A stretch of DNA of 64,000 bases from the NCBI GenBank assembly GCA_973895155.1, contig OZ316897.1, positions 22,357,455-22,421,454 of the forward strand. Direction: 5' to 3'. Both the position numbers and the translations under genes were made by a program. This stretch comes from Marsupella aquatica (Eukaryota; Plantae; Marchantiophyta). Positions within the stretch are counted from its first letter, which is position 1, and every line of letters begins with the position of its first letter. Below the pieces are notes generated by a model, which saw nothing but the letters and a program-made list of their open reading frames with translations, was not told the origin of the DNA and made no database searches. Shown in pieces: positions 54,501 through 64,000 of this stretch.

Positions 54501-57199
54501 ATTGGGGGACTTTGGGTCCAGAATGTAAGTTAAGGCGTTAGAGGCACGAAAAACACCCTTTTTCCTCGTTTTGCCATTAGAAGGAATTGTTTAATAATTT
54601 TTGGCAATCAACTTTGCGGGCAGCAGAAACGGTCGCGTCTTTCCTTTTCTCCGTCGACGTAAGCAAATCGCAGAATCGGGTGGGTGCCCGTCTGTACCTG
54701 AGCTACAGTAGTTTGCGGGCAGCCCGAGAATGTCATTCCTCACTCTAGCGCTGGACAGCACACACTGCGGACAGATACAAAACTATAGTTAATAGTTTTC
54801 TCCTCGCACGGGACCGATGGGCAGGGCAGGTCTTTCCCAATTTTGGACGGGGCAGGCGACATCCCTTCCCGAGTTCCGAGCCACCCGCTACAGTCGCCTA
54901 CAGCCACCCAGAAAAAAGCCCGTGCAAACTTTTTTGGTTCTTCCGGACAGTCCAGCCTTTTACTTTTTCCCGGGTTTCATTAAAAAAAAAACATCTTTCC
55001 CACAGCCCTTTCTCTTTTGTCCCAAAAAAGCAGAATGCAAGCCCGCCAGTCGTATTGTACGGTACATTTGTTTTCCTCGTAATGCATAATACGGTACAAC
55101 CCTGGACGAAACGCGTTAGCAGAGCTGAGCCCCTGACCCGATCGCTGGCGGCCTGACTGCCCGACCGACCGACTGAGATTGGGCGCGTGGGCGGGCAGAG
55201 GGGCAGGGTGCCTGATTAGGCTGGCGGGCGGCTGGTAAGTCAACGAACCAATCCTCTGCTCTCCACCGATCGGGGAGCACACAATGCCAGCCCGTCTTTT
55301 CCTGCCCACCGGGTGCCGTACGATCTACAGATTTAGATATATCGCGAATCCCGGTCGTCGGGCATTCACTGACCGCCTGCCCGCGGGCCGGTTGAAAACC
55401 CAATGGGAGCGGGCCCCGGCCCCGGCCTTCAGTTGTGGTACAGCTTCGGGACAGCTCCGTCGAGTCCGGAGGGCGAGGAACTGCTCCGATCTTCTTACCC
55501 CCCGGCACCCCCGGGCAGGAAGCGACTGCGCAAGGACGGAAGAGAGGCATTTCTATGTACGGAGGACCAGACCAAGCTCAATCTCAATTATTGGACAATG
55601 CCACAAATAATGTCTTTTAACAACTACAAATCCATTGTCAACACCAATAATTCATTGATTTACAGCAAGATTAGTATATTATAAAGCATTGCGAAGTCTA
55701 AGAAACAAAGGTTAAAATGCTATCACTTGTGTAAGTTTCAGTAATTAATTAATTTTTTTGTAAACTGATAAATCTACGTTTCCGCTTTAGGATTAGTTTT
55801 TTTCCCGCTTAGGGATTAGGTTTAAAAACTTATGGGGCAATTTCATGAAAATTATTTCACTAGGGGATTTTCTTGGAACTGAGAGAGATCCAGGTTCAAT
55901 CTAGGGGTGTGGAGTGTATATGTGTGTGGGAGGGATGGGTTTTGTGGATAGTGGATTGGAGTTCTTATTATCTGCTTGGCCCCTGGTTACCCACTTTGTG
56001 GCCCTGATGTAATCCTCTCTCCTTCCTGATGCGGGTCCCTGTAGGATCCGTTGAGGCTCACCCTGGTCTGGGTTCCTTACAGAAAAATTATCACATTGAG
56101 ATGGGGGTGTCTAATTGTATTTCTTCCCCATTTCAGTTCAAGACAAAAAAAATAAAAAGTTCTCTATATTTGAATAATGTTATTCTTTGTTTTTTTCTTT
56201 TTCTTTACATTTGATTAATTGACCCGTGAATCATTTGAGAATCCACTAAACTGCTTGGAAAATGTAACGTAGGGACAATTTTGTTGTATTAATTTCATAA
56301 TTTCTGACAACCTGTCGTCTGGATAATTCGAGACTGATCATTGAATATGCTTATGATCAAAACAAGTAACATACTATATATTGTTACATGACAAACGGTC
56401 ACCGGTTGAATGCATTCTTTGCATTATGATAAATAAATAAACTTTATATATAATTCTCTTAACAATCTGAGTGCTTTCAAATCAGAACTACAATAGTTTA
56501 ATCCTCAATTATAATTATTATCAGAAGGCATGGAAAAAAGGAAAAAGTATGACAGGAAGCAGCGGGCAGCGAATGAAAGCGTATGGGGAAGGGCAGGGGC
56601 AGTACGCAGACATTCCAGGGAATAAAGAAAGAAGGACGCGGAGGGAATAAGTTTTGTGGCGCGGGCCCCGAAAAGGGCGCAAAAAGAATGGGGTGAAGGA
56701 AATTGCATTTTCCTCGCGCGCAGGGAATGCGCGAGCGCATCGTACTATTTATGCACCTTTTGTGAGATACTTGCCTTCCGTTTGGGCCTTCCCATTGGGC
56801 GACGAATTTATTGTGACATTGCTGCGAATGTACGAAAGGAGGGAACATTGGGACTCGGGCCCCGGTGGCGGGTCCCCACGTTTCCTCATTGTTTGCTTCG
56901 TCTTGGATGGGTCTAGTACCACCAGAGGAAACATTAAGTTTTGTCGTGTGGGGACTAAAACAATCATGTACCAATTGACCTACCACTAAATTCTTGACTT
57001 GTGCTCGTTTTGGGAAACGTTTGTAAGACGTTTTGTAACTTAGATTTGGTTATCTCGTCGTTCATGCTACTTTCTAAATTTCATCTCCCATGTCGTGAAA
57101 ATACGTAAACCGTTCCTTGTTTCCAAACGAGGTAAGTTTTGACAACAGCAGGCAAGTTATTTTCTGAAAGATTTTGTAAACTTGCGTGAAAACGGGCAT

Positions 57200-57960
57200 G
57201 AATGCATTGTTTGCTGTGGCTCGGGATTCCTTGTCTTCTCTCTCCTCTCTGGATGGGGGATAAAGAATTTTTACAGAAAAGGCCAAATAGAATATAAAAG
57301 AACAAACAAAAGAGGTCCAAAATATGATATATACACATACTTTATACAGAAAAAGGCCAAATAGAGTACAAAAGAATAAACAAGAGAGGTCCCAAGTGGA
57401 CAAAACCAAACGCAAAAGAAGTGAGCAAAAGGAAACCCTAAAAACCAAGAAAGAGGAACTAAAAGAAGTGAACAAAAGGAAACCCCTAAAAACCAAAAAA
57501 GAGGAACTAAAACTACCGCAAATGGACCAAGGTCCTCATCATACCTAGCAAATGTGGCAACAAGCTAGTGGTCTACATCAAGTGTCGAAACTAGATCGGC
57601 AAGTGGGACAGGAATGTCCTCTAGGGGGGCTAGCCGTTGCGGAGTCACACTAGCACCCACTGTCAGAGATCGACGATAGACGGCCCAAGCTTGAGCACGC
57701 TGTAAGGTGACTGAAATGCGTTGGCGTATAAAGAGGACTTTGAAGGCTAGTCAGCTTGCGGATGAAAAGGCGCCCATGAGACTCCCTAACTCATACTGAA
57801 TTGGTGGACATCTGTTAGTGACGCGCTAGCAATCAGGTTTTCCTCCCTCCCAATACCCTTCCTCGGTGATAAGAATTCCTGTTTACTCAGAAATCCCAGA
57901 CCCCCTTGAGGAGTGCCTACGCCTCTGTACACGACAACCTAGTAATTGACCCCAGGGTGC
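57200..57960 (-). mobile_element. Possible L1-type LINE 3' remnant
   Basis: Minus-strand GVGTPQGGLGF (~57890-57925) resembles the post-RT P-K-x-x-GGLG motif. The T-rich repetitive tail at 57200-57520 resembles a LINE 3' UTR. Heavily decayed. Confidence 0.3.
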
Positions 57961-60169
57961 TTCATTTTCACAACACTAGGAGAGGCTGCAGCAACCCAGG
58001 ATAACACTACTCCTCATCACCACAAAGGATAGGCAATCTTTTGTGCAGTGCCATGCCTTCTCTTGCAGTTTCTTTCCTAAGTGACTTCTTTAGACAGCAG
58101 TTGTCAGTTGCAATATAGAGGGCTCCAGCATTCACTGGTGAGTAGAGAGTACCGAGGCTAGTCTAGATTTTTGGGCCTCGAAACAATTTCCTTCGTGTGA
58201 GCCCCCAGTGTCCTGAACTTTATCATGCTCTTTATTTAGTTTACTGCTGACTAGGGCCTTAGTTCCTTTTGGCTTTTTGCCTCTTTGATCTACCTGGGGT
58301 GTTTCATTAGTGAATACTGTTTACTCTGACCATTCTCACTTTTAAGACTAAATAAACCTCTTATCCTGGTTGTTATTCACCTCCAAGCGGGCTCCAGTCA
58401 CTGAACTAGGCAAAGAAAATAATACAAATTCCTAAGTAACTCCCTTAATCTGGACATTTGTTCTGGATTACCCTTAAGATTTCCAGAGAGATCCGAGAAA
58501 AAATTGTTATCTCAAAGGATGATGGGAATTATCTTACTAAAAGAACACTCACGTGGCACTCCTTGCTGACTAAATTTACTTCCATTTAAGTAAATATCTC
58601 AAGGCAAGAGTATTATTTCCGTCTTTTTGTTTTTCAATTCTAGAAACAATATCTACATTGAAAGTCATTGATTACAGCAAAATCTTTAAAATATTGCTGA
58701 AGCTTACATGACAAAACTTAATTAAAGTTTCATAAGGTCACCATAAATAATCTGTTAATGTAGCCAAAAATTTAATAAATTGTTTTTACGCCACTTGAGA
58801 TGACACGAAGGTACTATTATAATAAGTAAGGCTCCATGTATCGACATCGAACTGTACCGTATCTTGAAGTTACGATAATAAGTACAGTACAATGACAAAG
58901 ATACGGTCAAGTATCTTGAAATTAGACGGTAATAATTGGGAATCATTAGTTTCGGTCTAATCGAATTTCTGTCCGACCGGGCAGCGAATAATAACTTCTA
59001 ATAATATAGGACTGTACTCCTGCCTGTTATGTCTTGCCTCATTCTGAAAATAGAGTTGCTTTATTCCTATCCAGTTAACGACCTAATAATAACAACTAAT
59101 AATACGCAGCGAAACATGGACAGGTATTTATTACGTCTTACCCTTATCATGAAAATATATCCACAAAATCTTAGTTATACGAAAAGACACGTGCACATGG
59201 TGCTTCCTGAATTCCTTCTGAAATAGAGTATCCTTTAGGTGCATTCAATTATTGCTTTACAAATATTGCGGGTAGTTTCAATGTCCTTCAAAGCTTATCA
59301 ATCTTCAATTTAATATACTAACGATAATGTACCAATGCTAATGGAGTGTTTAAAACAACTTTACACTCCCCACTGTCTTGTAAAGGGAGCTGAAGCGAGT
59401 GGTGCTAAAATAAATTACTAACACCCCACCTAAAAGTCACATGTTCTTTGGCTGCAGCCGTAATTGCTCTGACCATAGACCAACTAAAGAGGGGTATGTG
59501 TGTCCATTTTAATGTAAAAGACTCAAATAGAAATGCACCAAGCTGATGAAGAGACCTCCGAGCGAAGAGGTCTAAAACTTGGGACAAAACTGTGTGCCAC
59601 ATAAATGTTTTGGAAACAGTTTAGAAGTATTGCCCCAACCACTTTGTAAAGTGAACAGCACTTGTTTGGTGGGAAAGCATGGGATGGCAATCACACTAAG
59701 GCTTCTTTGCATGTCTTGAATACCCTTAGTAGAATTGTCAGGCTCCATGAAGTTGTCAATGGCAGGTGTGGGCATTTTTGTGATGCTGGATTGTCCCCAT
59801 GCTTGGATGTAAACTATGTGATAAGCGATGCCTGTTGTGTAGCAATAAGTGTTTGAGAAAAGATGCAACTCGCAACGGCATGCACATGACCTTCCAAAAA
59901 ATTAAATAAGTATTTGACACAAAGAGATATGTGGTTCACCGAAAAGACTATATCCAAAGAACACGCCAAAACTTTGCTATATTCTAGGCCCGTCTTAATG
60001 ACATACATTCATTGTAGGGAACCCATTCCAAGGTGAGTACTCTCAGAGGGACCCGCACCAGGAAGGAGAGAGGATTAAAACAGGGCCACAAAGTGGATAA
60101 CCAAGGGCCGAGGAAATAATCAGAACTCTGATCCACTACCCACAAAACTCATCTCACCCACACACGTAT

Positions 60170-60250
60170 ACCCCTGTGTGTGGAGGGGAGATTGAACCCA
60201 GGACCTTTCAGTTCCAGACTCATCCCCTGGGCAATTGACCTAATCCAGTT
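60170..60250 (-). mobile_element. Possible tRNA-derived SINE remnant
   Basis: Minus strand: TAGGTCAATTG (A-box-like) and GGTCCTGGGTTCAATCTCC (B-box-like) at tRNA-like spacing. No cloverleaf. Confidence 0.35.
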
Positions 60251-62517
60251 GGTTAAGCAATGGCTTATTGGTGAGACCATCTTAGCTAGTGTGGCAGGGA
60301 AATCAATTGTCTTATAGAATGGCACTTTGATTGAACGAACCAGCATTACACAGTTAGTGCTTGTCTTGTGGCGCCACTCTAAGGGAGTACTATATCATGC
60401 CCAACATTTTTGGGTTGAAAAATATTATAAAAATTGTGTTTTTGGAATAAGAAAATTCCAACAAACTGATATACAAAACCATTTCTTTTGTTATAGTGTT
60501 CAAGATTGGATTAAAAAACCTTAACGTTCTTTCACAAAAATTTAGTAACCTTTTACTAAATCCAAATGAATGAGGACCCCAAGAATGCTTGAATTTTGAC
60601 ACGTTTTCTATCAGTCTCAGGTTGATGAAAGCATACATAATGAATAATTGTTGACACATTCTCTCCAAGTGTGGCTCCCACTTGTTCCTACATGAACCAC
60701 CCGTTGTAGAGTGAATTCAAATTTCATATAAAATAGGGACTGTAGCACATTAAAGTGACGTTTCAGCAGACAAGATTTCATGATTGATTTGCAATAAGGC
60801 TCTGCATTTCCTTTTTTCCTTCCTTTTATGGTATTGGCACACCATGCACGAGGGCTATAAGCTTGGATAGTCCATCAGCCAGTAAGTTGAGTTTAAAGTT
60901 TGGCTTTTCTACACTATAATTGCGTCCCCCTTTCATGACTTAAGTGAAGTGATAGGTCCTCATTTCTCCGGTAATAACAAAATTTGATATTTAGGCTTTG
61001 CTTGCAAGGGCAGGCACGCAAGGAGGATGCTTTTAAATGGCTCTCCCTGTGCATTCTGGTATTTCAGGTAGTGGGATTGAAATGCGTTCTTCATTCCAAA
61101 ACAAGGATATTGTCAAGACCTACAGTTTGTAGAAGGGTAAGACACTATGAAGAGCAATAATTGGAATATGAGTGTGTCTTTGACTAAAAGACACGGATAA
61201 AAATGCTTGCCACAAAACAAAATGTTAACAAAAAATTCCAGGTTTCGGGGACGATTGTGATGAGGGGATCGATGCCAGGGGTGGTACAGAATGCTACAAC
61301 CAGGAGAGTAATCTAGAACGAGTGTAGGTATTGCGTAGGAGAAGAATCTGCGCTTTCCTGGGCCTGGGTCATCCTAGCCATGTAGTAGCAGGAGTAGTCT
61401 GCGCCTCTTCTCCTCTCTCTAGGTTGATTGCTATTGGTGTGCAGGGTAATCGAGGAGAGCTGTAGGTGATTGGTCATTCGATTGGAGAAGGAACACGAAA
61501 TTGCTCGAATCATAGTGTCAAAACACTTTCGTAGCTCCGGAGCCCGAGCTCGAGCTACACTAGTAAACCAAGCTAGCTACTCGGCTCAAACATTGGTGAG
61601 ACGAGTCGGACAAGCCAAAACGTGAGGACACCAAGGGGGAGTAAGGAGGCTCGTCCACCCAGCCTTAGTTTACTCTAACACGGCAGCTTCTGCATGAAAA
61701 TGAGTTTTAGTGTGCTCCTTTTGTCGTGCTGCTGTTGCACTCTGTCGTATTACCTGATGTTTCTCCCACCCTGCTAGAATTACAGTATTATAGATAGAGT
61801 TCGTTCTCCTAATAATCATCCCCCAGCCCCCCTGCTTGTGGATGAAATGACACAACCACAATTAGCACGAGCGAGCAGGAGCAGGAGCAACCTCGGGAAG
61901 GATACAAAAACTCGCATCACTTCCCCAATTGAGTACATTGGGAGCTTCCACTTTTGGACGTTCGTGCCTTTCCAGAGTCTCCTTTTTCCAAATTGAGAAT
62001 GCGAATCTGACAAGGATGATATTTCTCCTCCAAGAAATAGTCTAAAATAGTAAAATAAGCGTACCGGTATACTAGCCAGGTTGTCCCAGGGGACGAAGAT
62101 TCACAGCAACACTTGGACGAGAGAATCAGAGAATCATTTAGACAAAGCAGGATCACAAAATCACGACAGAAAGAAACAACAGACAAGTACTAAAATATTA
62201 CTGTACTGTAGTTTGTTTACACATGCACTGTGTGGATTCTGTTGAAGAACATTGTCTGCTCATTTGGGTTCCCAATCCAAATCTCCACCTGGTCCCAAAT
62301 CTCCACCTGGCCTTCAGTGTCTTCTCGATAAGGTTTAGGAGTATTTCTGTATTTGTAACTTGACTACGTACTTAGTTTTAATAATAAGAAGAAAGAAGGT
62401 TAAGGCCCAGTGATTCTCGTCAGAGTGAATGTTTGATATACCCATTTAATCCTCCACACAAATGGTTAATCGACCCCCTGGAAAAGTTTAAGGTCTGATT
62501 GACCCCCAACATTTAAG

Positions 62518-62692
62518 GAGAGATACTAGTTGGACCCGTAAATTGAGATGTGACTTAAGGACCATTGATTTAAGTTCAATGGTCACATGAGACTTTAGGA
62601 CCATTGATTTAAGTTCTATCAAGGGTATGGATCACTCAGGGGGTCCATCAAGTAAAGATTTTCATTTTAGGGGTCCATCAAGAATATCTCTC
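62518..62692. mobile_element. Mutator-like MITE (175 bp), same GAGAGATA...TATCTCTC type as 39596-39774
   Basis: GAGAGATACTAGTTGGACCCGTAAA pairs with TTTAGGGGTCCATCAAGAATATCTCTC. 9-bp TSD ACATTTAAG (62509-62517, 62693-62701). Confidence 0.85.
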
Positions 62693-62759
62693 ACATTTAA
62701 GGCCCAACTTGTATGTCCTCCACTGTTCTTTTCCAGCCCTGAAACTGAAAGACGTCATC

Positions 62760-63432
62760 ATACCATTCATTTGAGCTGCCATGCCATAAGCCCCTAGATA
62801 GGCATGCCTGATGGCACTCAGAAAGGCCCTCAGTAATGGGAGCCTTCAGTGATAGCACTGCATGTGCCTTGCCTGCCTACAAATATATGACACCAGAGAA
62901 AACCCACTGAACATCCCCCAATCTTGAAGACATATGTTGGAACATGTACACAAAATCTATTGGCAAAACTCCACTGAATTGAAAAGACTGCTTATGCTCT
63001 GCCTCAACCAAACACTCCACCCCCTGGCCACCTGTATGCCCACCCTTGATCGCCTTGATGAAAGACAAGCCAAACAAATCCTATCCAGTCTGACAAAGCA
63101 ATGAAAAAACCCAAATGAATGTTTCTAAATCGTGCCACTACCCTGGACTTTTGGGAGTTTGGGGTAGGGTCTGTCAGCCTATACAGTTAGACACTATCAC
63201 CTTGCTAAGTAGGTCGGGTCTATGAAGTATTTGGCTCCTGATGTTGACCAAAGTGAATATAACATCTACCCATTGGCAATCTAGTATCAACACCCTGGTG
63301 AGTTACTCTCTTCCTTTTTCTTGAAAGGAGGGAGACCAACCTTGACTGCACAGCCCACGCAACTGAGCCAACCATTGGGTCACGAGAGACCCTATTTTTC
63401 AGATAAGGCAAACCAAAGATCCTGAGGGTCAA
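62760..63432 (-). mobile_element. Possible decayed L1-type LINE ORF2 fragment
   Basis: Minus-strand LRIFGLPYLKNRVSRDPM...VQSRLVSLLSRK resembles the end-of-RT YLGLP...RL..W..K.LS block. The remainder is too decayed to align. Confidence 0.4.
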
Positions 63433-64000
63433 TACATAATCACATAGTCGAATACACTTAGGGCTTTCCTACTGTCCAAGCGTTTATCCAGCTCAGGCAG
63501 CATGTCCCTCCCCTCTTTTAGAAAAATGAACAAATAATAAAAACAATCATAGACATGCAAAGCGGGGAAACACCACACTTGTCCACAATAGAGTCTTAGG
63601 CTAAAGAATGGGGAGAAAAAGTTGGGTGAAACAAAGGACGACCAACACAATGAGTCATGAAACTCTGATTGAGGTCATGTAGTCTCATTCTGCTCAAGCT
63701 GAACTGCCGGTGACTTGGAGCAAAGCACATCCTCAACCCCTTATCATTGGCACCCCTATACTGAGGGACGACTCTCAATTCACCTAAATAGCCAGTCCAC
63801 TCAATCACCCTGATTTGGCACACAACAGACAACTCTATTATGTGTCATTCTAAATTTTCTGTCTTTTTGCATTTAGTGTTTACCCAAAAAAATTGAATCA
63901 GTGCCTTCATTTTTGCTGGTGGCAATACACTAAAATAATTATATTCAAAGCTACTCGTGACCAAAACCAGCAGGGAACAAAATTGCTGGAAGTCTCTTAG

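Noticed and set aside
61531-61565. Helitron 3' end (GTAGCTC...GAGCTAC hairpin followed by CTAGT)
   Set aside because: Hairpin-to-CTAG spacing is about 1 nt instead of about 10-12, and no matching 5' end or RepHel remnant was seen.

Overview
This is eukaryotic, land-plant-type genomic DNA, probably from a non-seed plant, although that cannot be established from sequence alone. Two intact spliced + strand genes are present. One is a class B DnaJ/HSP40 (3 exons, 4404-5810, 345 aa). The other is a DBP2/DDX5-type DEAD-box RNA helicase (RH20/RH30-like; 10 coding exons, 16467-22892, 534 aa). Its 3.1-kb intron after the ARGL codons of motif V contains several GC-rich stem-loops and an alternative acceptor leading to a premature stop. 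The rest is TE-rich: a full-length but inactivated Ty1/copia element (33539-39583), an internally deleted Mutator element (11732-13903), several MITEs, LTR/LINE/SINE remnants and tandem repeats. The most unusual observations are (i) the structured, probably autoregulatory helicase intron, (ii) a decayed Crypton/DUF3504-type tyrosine-recombinase gene (about 45270-46200, - strand), a class I do not recognise as standard in land plants, and (iii) several CpG-rich islands loaded with a CGGGCA motif next to decayed coding sequence. All calls were made by eye; no database search or folding program was run.
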